Below are positions 1 to 11,357 of a stretch of 36,084 nucleotides of DNA, piece after piece. The DNA is taken from contig NW_021832814.1 in NCBI RefSeq assembly GCF_006345805.1, positions 1 through 36,084 on the forward strand. The letters are read 5' to 3'. A program made the position numbers and the translations under genes. The notes beneath the pieces are model-generated. The model had not been told where the DNA came from, ran no database searches, and was given only the letters and a program-made list of their open reading frames with translations. Numbering within the stretch: position 1 is the first letter of the stretch; each line of letters starts with the position of its first letter. The stretch is from Octopus sinensis. Taxonomy: Eukaryota.

Positions 1-59
1 TAGTTAGGAATCTAAATCGTAGGAGACAGACACAGAACTCGACTTTTATATATAAAGAT
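1..59 (-). mobile_element. Possible Helitron 5' end running out of the window
   Basis: Minus strand begins A|TCTTTATATATAAAAG, a typical Helitron 5' terminus; 3' end not visible. Confidence 0.4.
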
Positions 60-237
60 ATGTGTGTGTGTGCAGACATAGCTGTGTGATCTCAATTTAC
101 AATCATGTGGTTTCAGGTTCAGTCCCTCTGCGGTGCACCTTGACAATCGGTATTCCTTTGGTCGTAAATATGTGTTTCTGTGTATGTGTATACACACACA
201 CACACACACAGATATATATAAATCAAAATCGAAATCG

Positions 238-636
238 ATCAACATCAATGGAAATTGTAGCTGTGATACCAGTGCCGGTGGTACGTTAGAGAACCATCCG
301 AACGTGGCCAATTGCCAGTGCCGCTCCGACTGGCCTCATGCCGGTGGCACATAAAAAGCACCATCCAATCGTGGCCGTTTGCCAGCCTCGCCTGGCCCCA
401 TGCAGGTGGCACGTAAAAAGCACCATCCGATCGTGGTTGTTTGCCAGCTTCGTCTGGCACATAAAAGCACCCACTACACTCTCGGAGTGGTTGGCGTTAG
501 GAAGGGCATCCAGCCGTAGAAACACTGCCAGATCAGACTGGGCCTGGTGCAGCCTTCTGGCTTCCCAGACCCCAGTCAAACCGTCCAACCCATGCTAGCA
601 TGGAAAGCGGACGCTAAACAATGATGATGATGATGA
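238..636 (+). mobile_element. RTE 3' UTR copy
   Basis: Tandem GGTGGCACRTAAAAAGCACC units, GGAAGGGCATCCAGC motif and (ATG)n tail, as in the 3' UTR at 19918-20340. Confidence 0.85.
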
Positions 637-832
637 TATATATATACATACAAACATACATATATCATCATGTATATATATATATATGTGAAATACAGTA
701 TACATTTAAACACATTAAAAGGTATCCATCATAGGACTCCCTAATGCTAGAAGGAACAGCTAAAGTTCAAACCACTAATTAGGAATAAAATCTAGAAGGG
801 AATGAAAAAATAAAAACATTTACCATCTATTT

Positions 833-910
833 CCTGGACCATGGTTTCAGACTCTTTTTAGCAAATAAAATGATTTACTAGGCGAAGTCTTCATCAACAG
901 GTACGCCTAG
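833..910 (-). ncRNA. Type I hammerhead ribozyme-like motif with pseudoknot
   Basis: Minus strand: CCTG-TTGATGA-AGACTT-(30 nt)-GAGTCT-GAA-ACCATGGT-C-CAGG. 5' extension CTAGGCG (910-904) is complementary to loop II CGCCTAG (884-878). Confidence 0.75.
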
Positions 911-1015
911 ATTAAACATATAAGTACAAGGCAAATCCAGCATGTGCCTCTTGCCTTATACATTCTAATATATATATATATATTATTATATATAATATTA
1001 TATATATATATATAC

Positions 1016-1416
1016 ACTCTTTTACTTGTTTCAGTCATTTGACGCGGCCATGCTGAGCACCGCCTTCTAGTCGAGTAAATCGCCCCAGGACTTATTCTTT
1101 GTAAGCCTAGTACTTATTCTATCAGTCTCTTTTGCTGAATCGCTAAGTTACGGGAACGTAAATACACCAGCATCAGTTGTCAAGCAATGGTGGGGGGACA
1201 AACACAGACACACAAACATATACACACACATATATATATATATACATATATACGATGGGCTTCTTCCAGGTTCCGTCTACCAAATCCACTCACAAGGCTT
1301 TGGTCAGCCTGAGGCTATAGTAGAAGACACTTGCCCAAGGTGCCACGAAGTGGGAATGAACCCGGAACCATGTGGTTGGTAAGCAAGCTAATTACCACAC
1401 AGCCACTCCTGTGCCT
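1016..1416 (-). mobile_element. SINE family A (~400 bp), full-length copy
   Basis: tRNA-like head GCAGGAGTGGCTGTGTGG...GGTTC, CCTTGGGCAAGT core, internal (TA)n/(TG)n, GTAAAAGAG tail. Confidence 0.88.
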
Positions 1417-1435
1417 GTATATAATATATATATAT

Positions 1436-1466
<31 letters not shown>

Positions 1467-1709
1467 CACACGTTAAATCATATATATTATATTCTTTTCT
1501 ACTCTAGGCACAAGGCTCGAAATTTTGGGGGAGAGGGCCAGTAGATTAGATCGATCCCAGTACGCAACTTGTACTTAATTTTTCGACCCCGAAACGATGG
1601 AAGGCAAAGTTGACCTTGGCAGAATATAATATATGTATATACACATGTGTGTGTGTGCTTACATAGCATGCTTATAGTTGTTTAATTGTCTCATATATGT
1701 TTATGTGTA

Positions 1710-2128
1710 GGGCGGTGAGCTGGCAGAATCATTAGCACGCTGGGCGAAATACTTAGCAGTATTTCATCTACCGTTACGTTCTGAGTTCAAACTCCACCGA
1801 GGTCGACTTTGCCTTTCATCCTTTCGGGGTCGATTAAATAAATACCAGTTACCCAATGTGCTCGATGTAATCGACTTAATCCGTTTGTCTGTCCTTGTTT
1901 GTCCTTTCTGTATTTAGCCCCTTGTGGGTAGTAAAGAAATAGGTATCTCGTCTGCCGTTACGTTCTGAGTTCAAATTCCGCTGAGGTCGACTTTGCCTTT
2001 CATCCTTTTGTGGTTGATTAAATAAGTACCAGTTACTTAATGTGCTCGATGTAATCTACTTAAATCCTTTTTCTGTCCTCGTTTGTCCCCTATATGTTTA
2101 GCCCCCTGTGGGCAATAAAGAAATAAAT
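1710..2128 (+). mobile_element. SINE family B, tandem partial dimer
   Basis: GGCGGTGAGCTGGCAGAA head, GTTCAAA B box, GAGGTCGACTTTGCCTTTCATCCTTTCGGGGTCGAT core present twice, GTAAAGAAATA tail. Confidence 0.85.
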
Positions 2129-2448
2129 ATATGTTTATGTGTGTCTGCGTGTATGTATGTATAAACAGAAATAAAAAGTGCTGAGTGGAGTAGGGGAAAT
2201 TTGCTTGAGGAAACAAAATCACAAACAAAAATACAATGTCAGATTTTCATTTAAACGCTTTAATTAATATATTCACTAATTAAAAGCGATAATATTTAAA
2301 GTCACACATAATCCGATAACAAACTATAAACTCGTGTGCACTGGTGACACAGTTTAAATATATTGGCTGCAGGTTGTGGGGAAGAATGGGTTTTTATTGC
2401 ATTTTGACTTTCATACAAAATATATTTTTTTATAAATGTTCACAATCT

Positions 2449-2972
2449 TACTTGCCATTACATTTTTAATCAACCAAATATGAACCATTTTGTTGCACAA
2501 TGCGTCTCCATCTTTCCTTCAACTTGAAAATACCCTCTTCCCAGAATTGAGGGGGTTTCATGGCAAAGAATTCATCAAGGTCAATAAATACTTGCCATTA
2601 CATTTTTAATCAACCAAATATGAACCATTTTGTTGCACAATGCGTCTCCATCTTTCCTTCAACTTGAAAAGACCCTCTCCCAGAATTGAGGGGGTTTCAT
2701 GGCAAAGAATTCATCAAGGTAAATAATACTTGCCATTAATTTTTAATCAACCAAATATGAACCATTTTGTTGCACAATGCGTCTCCATCTTTCTTTAACT
2801 TGAAAATACCCTACCTTTCCCAGAATGAGGTGGTTTCATGGCAAAGAATTCATCAAGGTCAATAAATACTTGCCATTACATTTTTAATCAACCAAATATG
2901 AACCATTTTGTTGCACAATGCATCTCCATCTTTCCTTTAACTTTAAAATACCCTCTTCCCAGAATTGAGGTG
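2449..2972 (-). repeat. ~140-bp tandem array (about 3.7 units) of mariner transposase 3' end
   Basis: Units start at ~2449, 2589, 2727 and 2867; each matches 3201-3340 of the adjacent mariner; no TIRs. Confidence 0.92.
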
Positions 2973-2983
2973 GGAAGAATTGA

Positions 2984-3154
2984 CCCTTTGAAGTTCAGAT
3001 GACTCTGTCAAATGTGATGCTTATTTGTTCACATTGTTTTAAATTAATCATTCGTTATCTCATAGCTTTGAGATTTCAATGATGCGATCGTTATTTTTAT
3101 AATGACATTGTAAGTGCTGGTATGAGAAGCTGGCATGGTAGTTTGAAATAAAAC
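2984..3154. mobile_element. Truncated copy of the piggyBac-like MITE
   Basis: CCCTTTGAAGTTCAGATGACTCTGTCAAATGTGATGCTTATT... aligns with 30930 onward and stops at the mariner TA. Confidence 0.7.
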
Positions 3155-3156
3155 TA

Positions 3157-3720
3157 TTGGGTTGTCCGGAAAGTTCTTGCCGATTTTTAAAGGAAAGAAA
3201 AAGGTCAATAAATACTTGCCATTACATTTTTAATCAACCAAATATGAACCATTTTGTTGCACAATGCGTCTCCATCTTTCCTTTAACTTGAAAATACCCT
3301 CTTCCCAGAATTGAGGTGGTTTCATGGCAAGAATTCATCAAGGTATCATTTTACGTCATCCAGGAATTGAAATTTTTACCATTAAGACTATTCTGCAGAG
3401 ACCTGAATAAGTGGAAATCCAAAGGAGCAATATCTGGGGAATAGGAGGGTGGGGTAACACATCCCAGCCGAGCTGCAGCAATTTTTTTTTTGGTTCCCAA
3501 AGCATCAAGTGCCGAAAATGAACTTTCTTATCTTCCATTTTAAAGGGTTACAGAATTAATACAGGTTATAGGAACACAAACCTTCTTCCACGAAAAGATA
3601 GCTTAAACTGTGCTCTTAATGGAGGTGTAGTCAAATCCTATTTTATGGACTCAACCATGTTCTAAAATAAGTCGAAAGGTAAGCTACTATAAATCGGCAT
3701 GAACTTTCCAGACAACCCAA
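3157..3720 (-). mobile_element. Internally deleted mariner (Tc1/mariner) element
   Basis: 30-bp TIRs TTGGGTTGTC(C/T)GGAAAGTTC(T/A)TGCCGATTT with TA on both sides. Minus strand encodes MEDKKVHFRHLMLWE joined to KLLQLGWDVLPHPP/YSPDIAPLDFHLF...FWEEGIFKLKERWRRIVQQNGSYLVD* (mariner WDVLPHPPYSPD motif) with frameshifts. Confidence 0.95.
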
Positions 3721-4011
3721 TACTTAGTGGCATTTCATTCATCTTTATGTACTGAGTTCAAATTCCAATAAAGCCACCTTTGCCTTTCATCCTTCTGGGG
3801 TCCAAAAATAAGTACCAGTTGAGCACATTTTGTATGGTTACATCATGACAATTGACCGAGGCCTTTAGTGATATGCTGTGCTTGAGAAGACTGGTCAAGC
3901 CAAGTGAAATTGTAGTCATGGAGAGGACATGAAACAGAGTAAGGGGAACAAGAACTGGAAATAGCCCCCACTTTTCCAGGTATTATCGAGCAATTCAGCT
4001 AATATATATAT

Positions 4012-4194
4012 AGGGTCCCTGATCCTTTATCTGGTAGTGAACATGGAAACTAGCAATAGACAAGTGGATGGTGAGAGCTGTACAAGCCATGTAAAGGGAC
4101 GCTATCAGTAAGGCGAGAGTTGGCAACAAATACAGCGAAAAATTCAAGGTACAAGTAGTTCACCAAGGGTCAGTCCTCAACCCCACTCTTATTT
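4012..4194 (+). mobile_element. RTE-clade LINE reverse transcriptase fragment
   Basis: RVP..LIW...KLAIDKWMVRAVQAM*RDAISKARVGNKYSEKFKVQV/VHQGSVLNP (QGSVLSP motif). Confidence 0.85.
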
Positions 4195-4838
4195 CTTTAT
4201 TGCTCACAAGCGGCTAAACATAGAAGGGACAAAGAAGGACAGACAAAGGGATTAAGTCGATTACATCGACGCCAGTGCGTAACTGGTACTTAATTTATCG
4301 ACCCTGAAAGGATAAAAGGCAAAGTCGACCTTTATTTGGGATAAAAACTCGTTTCCTTCGAATTTTTATCCCAAATAGTGGTTTGAACTTTAGCTGTTCC
4401 TTCTACCATGCAAGGAAGCCTATGATGGATACCTCTTATGTGTTTAAATGTGCACTGTATTTATATATGTATATATATATATTTATATAATGAACTCATT
4501 GTTAGATGATATATGAAGGTTTGACGATTTCTTATTGAACAACCAGACAGATGATTCGTTTATAGGGATCAAATGTTTGTGTAGACACAAGCTCATTCTT
4601 TCCATGAAATCGATATTACAAGCACAGGTGCAACTGAGTGTCACCTGTCAGATATCGAAATGATTGCAGAGCAATGTGAAACGAAGTGTATTGCTCAAGA
4701 GCACAACCCAACGCCAGGTCTGGGAATTGAAACCCATGGTCACACAATTGTGAGTGCAACAGCCTAACCACTAGGCCACGCACCTTCACACACACACACA
4801 TATATATCCATGCCAGCATGGAAAGCAGATGTTAAACA

Positions 4839-4873
<35 letters not shown>

Positions 4874-4945
4874 ATATATATATATATATAATATATATAT
4901 ATATATATAGGGAGAATTCACGAAAAAAACAAAAGACGAAGATAG

Positions 4946-5172
4946 GTGGCAAGTTGGCAGAATCGTTATCACGCCAGGCGAAATGCTTAGCAGTATTTCG
5001 TCTGTCGTTACGTTCTGAGTTCAAATTCCCCCGAGGTCGACTTTGCCTTTCATCCTTTCGGGGTCGATTAAGTACCTGTTACGCACTGGGGTCGATATAA
5101 TCGACTTAATCCGTTTGTCTGTCCTTGTTTGTCCTCTCTGTGTAGCCCCTTGTGGGCAATAAAGAAATAGGT
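4946..5172 (+). mobile_element. SINE family B copy
   Basis: Same motifs. Further minus-strand copies at ~1495-1628, 4205-4330, 16100-16300, 19020-19215, 28015-28145 and 30417-30598. Confidence 0.85.
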
Positions 5173-5224
5173 GGTGTACAAAACAAACAGATGTATTAGT
5201 TTAACGCTCAGGAATTGAAAAAGT

Positions 5225-5261
5225 CTTTAACATTTCGAGCCTACGCTCTTCAACAGAAAGG
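5225..5261 (-). ncRNA. Degenerate minimal hammerhead-like motif
   Basis: CTTT-CTGTTGA-A-GAGC-GTAG-GCTC-GAA-ATGT-T-AAAG. Same repeat as 12390-12426. Confidence 0.5.
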
Positions 5262-5628
5262 AACACAGGAAGAAACAGGGAGAGAAAAAAATGTATATAT
5301 ATATATATATAATTGTGTGTTTTACCCATATGACTTTGCATTTGGCAATAGAGACCAACAGAAGAAATACTAGACTCTAAAGAAAACGAAACATTGGCAT
5401 GGATTTGTTTAATTAAAACCCTTCAAGGCGGTGCCCCAGCTTGGTCACAGTCCAGTGGCTGAACCAAGTAAAAGATATGCTTTACAGGGAAGCTAAATGT
5501 CACCACACTTCTGTCAGATGAAAGAAAACAAATCATGTCTGCATTCCATCATTACCGTCCCTCATAAATATTAAAATGGGTGTTTTTCTTGAGCGACAAT
5601 AAACAGTAAAACCTGTCACACATTTCGA

Positions 5629-5882
5629 GTTTACTCTTTTACTTGTTTCAGTCATTTGACTACAGCCATACTGGAGCACCGCCTTTAGTCGAGCAAATTG
5701 ACCCCGGGACTTATTCTTTGTAAGCCCAGTACTTATTCTATTGGTCTCTTTTGCCGAACCGCTAACTACTAAGTTACGGAGACGTAAACACACCAGCATC
5801 GGTTGTCAAGCAATGCTAGGGGGACAAACACAGACACACAAACACATACACACACACACAACACACACCCACACACCACACA

Positions 5883-5914
<32 letters not shown>

Positions 5915-6123
5915 TATATATTATATATATATATATAGATATATATACATACATATATACGACAGGCTTCTTTCAGTTTCTGTCTACCAAATCCACTCAC
6001 AAGGCATTGGTCGGCCCGGGGCTATAGCAGAAGACACTTGCCCAAGACGTCACGCAGTGGGACTGAACCCAGAACCTTGTGGTTGGTAAGCAAGCTACTT
6101 ACCACACAGCCACTCCTGCGCCT
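5629..6123 (-). mobile_element. SINE family A, full-length copy
   Basis: Same structure with an expanded internal microsatellite. Confidence 0.88.
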
Positions 6124-6427
6124 GTTGAGATTTGTTTAAGACATATAGGTCAGAAGGAACATATATGTACATGGTTCAGTGGTTAGGGCATTGGGCTTGC
6201 AATCAGTTCGATCCTGGAGGTAGTGAGTTCAATTCCCTGACCGGGCTGTGTGTTTTGTTCTTGAGCAAGACACTTTATTTCACAGTGCTCCAATTCATTC
6301 AGCTGTAGAAATGGGTTGCAATGTCACTGGTGCCAAGCTGTATCGGCCCCTTTGCCTTTCCCTTGGTTAACAGCAGTGGCATGGAGAAGGGAGGTTGTTA
6401 TAATTAACTAAAATTATAATTAACTGA

Positions 6428-6727
6428 GGAGGCACATGGCCTAGTGGTTAGAGCAGCGAACTCGCGCTCAAGGGATTGTGGGTTCGAATCTCAGACTGGG
6501 CGATGTGTGTGTTTATGAGCGAAACACCTAAGCTCCATGTGGCTCCGGCAGAAGGTAATGGCGAACTTCTACTGACTCTTTCGCCACAACTTTCTCTCAC
6601 TCTTTCCTCCTGCATCTTGCAGCTCACTTGCGACGGACCGGCGTCCCGTCCAGGTGGGGAACCTATGCACCAAGGAATGTGGGAAACCAACCTTTATGGA
6701 CCAGGCATGGCTCGAGAAGGAACAAAC
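6428..6727 (+). mobile_element. SINE family D (tRNA-derived head), full length with 12-bp TSD
   Basis: ATAATTAACTGA at 6416-6427 and 6728-6739; head GGAGGCACATGGCCTAGTGG...GGTTCGAATC; AAC-type tail. Confidence 0.9.
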
Positions 6728-6912
6728 ATAATTAACTGAAGGAGTTCTTTAACCTTTACCCTATGTACATATAATGGTGTGGAGAAGAGAGGCTGGTATG
6801 CATGGTCAACTGTTGGTCTTCCATAAACAACCTTGACTGGTCTTGTGCCTTGGAGGGTATCTTTCTAGATGCAATCCCATGGTCATTCATGACAGAAGGG
6901 GGTCTTTATTCG

Positions 6913-7077
6913 TCACCCTTTCTGTGGGGTGGTTGGTGATAGAAAGGGTATCCAGCCATAAAAACCATGCCAAAACAGACACAGAAGTCTGGTGCGGTCT
7001 TCTGCCTGGCCAGTTCCTGCCATACCACCTAACCCATGCCAGCGTGGAAGGTGGACGTTAAACGATGATGGTGGTGG
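6913..7077 (+). mobile_element. RTE 3' UTR-type copy, diverged
   Basis: GAAAGGGTATCCAGCC...CCCATGCCAGCGTGGAAGGTGGACGTTAAACGATGATG. Confidence 0.75.
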
Positions 7078-7307
7078 TCATATTGTTAGTAATTCATATA
7101 ACCGCAAAAGAAACACACCCTGAAACATTAGAACAATAATGGAAGTTTTAGCAAGTCATAAGTTATAGCTTGTCAAAGAGGGAAATGTGAACCTTTAGCA
7201 ATTCCAGTCGGTTGAATTACCTGTACTCCAAACGGCTTTACAGGTGTGAAACCAATTGGCACTCTATGACCGGCCATAACATTTAACTTCCTAAAATATA
7301 TATATGT

Positions 7308-7725
7308 ACTCTCTCTCTTTACTCTTTTACTTGTTTCAGTCATTTGACTGCGGCCATGCTGGAGCACCGCCTTTAGTCGAGCAAATTGACCCCAGGACTT
7401 ATTCTTTGTAAGCCCAGTACTTATTCTATCGGTCTCTTTTGCCGAACCGCTAAGTGACGGGGACGTAAACACACCAGCATTGGTTGTCAAGCAATGCTAG
7501 GGGGACAAACACAGACACACAAACACACACACATACATATATATATATATGTACATATATACGACAGGCTTCTTTCAGTTTCCGTCTACTAAATCCTCTC
7601 ACAAGGCTTTGGTCAGCCCGGGGCTATAGTAGAAGATACTTGCCCATGGTGTCACGCAGTGGGACTGAACCCGGAACCATGTGGTTGGTTAGCAAGCTAC
7701 TTACCACAGAGCCACTCCTGTGCCT
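7308..7725 (-). mobile_element. SINE family A, full-length copy
   Basis: Same structure. Confidence 0.88.
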
Positions 7726-7732
7726 ATATATA

Positions 7733-8095
7733 TCATCATCATCATCATCATTTAAAGTCCATTTTCCATGCTAGCATGGGTTGGACGGTTCAACTGGGGT
7801 CTAGGAAGCCAGAAGGCTGCGCCAGGCTCCGGTCTGATCTGGCAGTGTTTCTACAGTTGGATGCCCTTCGTTACACGAACCACTCCGTGAGTGTAGTGGG
7901 TGCTTTTTACATGCCACCTGCACAGGTGCCAGATGAGATGACAAACGGCCACAATCGGATGGTGCCTTTTACGTGCCACCGGCACAGGGGCCAGACGAGG
8001 CTGGCAATGGCCACAATCGGATGGTGCTTTTTACGTGCCACCGGCACGGAGGCCAGTTGGGGCAGCGCTGGCAATGGCCACGTTCGGATGGTTCT
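7733..8095 (-). mobile_element. RTE 3' UTR copy
   Basis: (CAT)n, CTGGATGCCCTTC and repeated GGTGCTTTTTACGTGCCACC. Confidence 0.85.
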
Positions 8096-8559
8096 CTTAT
8101 ATATATATATATATATTATTGAACACATACAACCAATGTATGTGTTTCGTTTGTTCACCTGTAGGCTGCTATTTGACGCTGTGGAGAAGACTCTCTCAAA
8201 GCAGTGGGTGTTAAAACACCTACAGACATAGACAGGTGAGACAACTGAGTCTTATTCAGCAGTGATGGGCATAATTCACTTTTGCCAAAACAAATAGGTA
8301 TGCTGGGCACGTGCTATAGCTGGATCTAGGGATCTGCATTAGGGTTCTGTTGTAGCAGGTATATATTGTATTAGAGGAAAAATCATAACGAAGGCAGAAC
8401 GAGGATGTTGAGTCATTTAGAATAATTTAATTAGGGTAAGCTGAATTAGATTTTCTAAATGACTTAAGTTGCTCGTTATGCTTTGGTTGTGTGTCTGTGT
8501 GTCTCTTTGAGAAACAATAGAAGCAATATGAGATAACCCTACTCACCTGTTTTTGTGAT

Positions 8560-8850
8560 CTATATATATATATATACATATATATACATACATATATATA
8601 CGTATATACAAATTTACAATTTATATGTAAATATATATAGATATATAAACTTACTTGGAAATATTATATATATATAATATATATATATACACATATACAT
8701 ATATATATATACATACGTACATACATATAATATATATGTACTATACATATATATGAATATATATATAGATATGTATATAAGTATGTATATATATATATAT
8801 AATATAATATATATATTATATATATATATATAATATATATATATACATAT

Positions 8851-8896
<46 letters not shown>

Positions 8897-10170
8897 CACA
8901 TATATATGCATACATATATACACACACCATATATATATAAATATACATATATGTATATAAGTATGTATATATATATGCACGTACACACGCATGCATACAC
9001 ACACAGCCTGCACCCTATATTTAATCCTATCAGTAATTTGCCTTCTTAATCTGGTTCTTATTTATGTGACCTCATTTTTAATTCCTTGTTGTGTGTGTGT
9101 GTGTATGTTTAATACCCTGTGTGCATATTATATACATATGTTTGTGTGTGTGTCTGTATATATCTATATGTGTATGTATGTATGCTTAATACTGTGTGTA
9201 TGTATTGTATGTATGTGTGTGTACATTTATGTGTGTGTATTTTTGCATGTGTATATATATTTGTGGGTGTGTGTATGTGTGTGTGTATGTGTGTGTGGAT
9301 CTTTTTATGTGTATGTATGTGTGTATATATATATGTGTGTGTGTATGTGTGTATGTTTATGTGTGTGTATATGAACATAGTAATATGTGAGTTTTTGTGA
9401 GTGTATGTTTGAGTGTCTATGTGTGTGTATGTGTGTGGGCCTTTGTGTGTGTGAGTGTATTAGTGTATGTATTATACTTACTTGTGTGTGTGTGTGTATT
9501 TTATATTTATATGTATGTGTGTGTGTGTGTGTTATACTTGTGTGTGTGTGTGTGTGTATTTTGCTTACTTGTATGTGTATGTGTGTGTGTGTGTGTGTGT
9601 ATTTTGCTTACTTGTATGTGTATGTGTGTGTGTGTGTGCATATCTGTACTTAATACTCAGTGTGTAAGTTTATGTGTGTGTCAGTTTATGGTGTGTATAT
9701 GTGTGTGCTTATGTGTGTGTGTATATGTATACTTAATACTGTGTGTATATGTGGGTATACGTGTACTTAATACTTTCTGTATATTTGTATGTGTGTGGTT
9801 AGTGTGTGTGTGTTTCTGCATGTGTTTGCGTATGTGTGTGTGTTCATGTGTATGCGTTTATGTGTGTGTGTGTGTGTGTCTGTGCTTAATACTGTGTGTG
9901 TACATGTACTTAACAATCTGTATATGCTTATGTGTGTGTGTGTGCATGCTTGTGTGTGCCTATATGTGTGTGTTTCTGCAGTCCTGTGCGTGTGTGTATA
10001 TATATATATATATACACATGTGTGCTTAATACTGTGTGTGTATATGTGTACATGAACTTAATGCACTGTGTGTACTTGTGCATGTGTTCATGTGTGTGTG
10101 TGTTTCCTTCATACTGTGTGAGTGCGTGTACATGTATATGTGTGTGTATGTGTGTATATATGCAACACTA
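8560..10170. repeat. ~1.6-kb degenerate (TA)n then (TG)n tract
   Basis: Low complexity; produces the Y/I and C/V ORFs in the track. Confidence 0.95.
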
Positions 10171-10607
10171 ATTAACACACATTTTAATTGAATTTCCAGC
10201 AGTTTCACCGATAATTACTCATTTGCTTGATCCAATTAAGTACCAATCTCATTAAATCAAGATCATAAGTGGCTGAATACTCCACAGACATATTGTGTAA
10301 CTTAACAAAGAAAAAGCTCTCAGGATCAGTCTGACACAAAATGTCATGACACCGACCCAATGAAATTACAGGTACAAGCTTCTGACAGGTGTCAAAAGGG
10401 TTTCCCATCTACCCTGATATCCAGCTGCCCCATGGTGGAGGGAGAAACACAGATACAAACATAAATTTATACATACATACATACATAAAAACATATATAT
10501 ATATGTATATATATATATATACATTTAATAATGTATGGAAGGTGTTTGTAAGCCATTTAAGAAACACACAAAAGCTGTTCGATTCACTTCAACATTTAAG
10601 TTTAATT

Positions 10608-10654
10608 TGTCAAAATATTTTCGTCACTTTAAGACCGTGACCTCTTCACTGACA
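10608..10654 (-). ncRNA. Minimal hammerhead-like motif with G3 core, left arm of foldback
   Basis: TGTCA-GTGAAGA-G-GTCAC-(9 nt)-GTGAC-GAA-AATATT-T-TGACA. Confidence 0.6.
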
Positions 10655-10669
10655 GATGCAGCACAGAAT

Positions 10670-10720
10670 TTTGTCAGTGAAGAGGTCGCGGTCTTAAAGC
10701 GACGAAAATATTTTGATAAA
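10670..10720 (+). ncRNA. Minimal hammerhead-like motif with G3 core, right arm of foldback
   Basis: TTTGTCA-GTGAAGA-G-GTCGC-(9 nt)-GCGAC-GAA-AATATT-T-TGATAAA. Confidence 0.6.
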
Positions 10721-10880
10721 TTAAACTTAAATGTTGAAGTGAATCTAACGGTTTTTGTGTGTTTCTTAAATGGCTTATAAACACCTTCCACGCTGCAATT
10801 GTTTTCGTTTCAGCACACAATCTCAGATCAAATCACTTGCTATGCAAGTACATCTCCATAATATATACATATACATATAC

Positions 10881-10918
<38 letters not shown>

Positions 10919-10919
<1 letters not shown>

Positions 10920-11090
10920 GGCGCAGGAGTGGCTGTGTGGTAAGTAGCTTGCTAACCAACCACATGGTTCCAGGTTTAATTCCTCTGCATGGCACCATGA
11001 GCAAGTGTCTTCTGCTATAGCCCCGGGCCGACCAATGCCTTGTGAGTGGATTTGGTAGACGGAAACTGAAAGAAGCCTGTCGTATATATG

Positions 11091-11131
<41 letters not shown>

Positions 11132-11340
11132 TTGTGTGTCTGTGTTTGTCCCCCTAGCATTGCTTGACAACCGATGCTGGTGTGTTTATGTCCCCGTCAC
11201 TTAGTGGTTCGGCAAAAGAGACCGATAGAATAAGTACTAGGCTTACAAAGAATAAGTCCCGGGGTCGATTTGCTCGACTAAAGGCGGTGCTCCAGCATGG
11301 CCACAGTCAAATGACTGAAACAAGTAAAAGAGAGTAAAAG
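10919..11340 (+). mobile_element. SINE family A, full-length copy
   Basis: AGGCGCAGGAGTGGCTGTGTGG...CAAGTAAAAGAGAGTAAAAG. Confidence 0.9.
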
Positions 11341-11357
11341 ATATATATATATATATA

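Larger units (their letters stand above)
10536..10790. repeat. Foldback: 119-bp inverted arms, 17-nt spacer
   Basis: 10536-10654 versus 10672-10790, 7 mismatches by manual alignment. Confidence 0.93.

Noticed and set aside
5355-5398. CCAA-CAGAAGA...CGAAACA-TTGG hammerhead-like remnant (also ~4548-4620)
   Set aside because: Core and stems too degenerate to distinguish from chance.
6428-6500. tRNA-like sequences at SINE 5' ends (also 11434, 24775, 27165-27236)
   Set aside because: A and B boxes are present but there is no complete acceptor stem or terminator; they continue into SINE bodies.
7659-8231. 190-aa ORF with a poly-His run
   Set aside because: Runs through a SINE head, a (CAT)n tail and an antisense RTE 3' UTR; only the last 22 codons are unique and are treated separately.
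8614-10208. Many ORFs up to 210 aa rich in C/V/Y/I/H/T
   Set aside because: Translations of (TA)n and (TG)n microsatellite; the same applies to 14417-14952 and 21255-21842.
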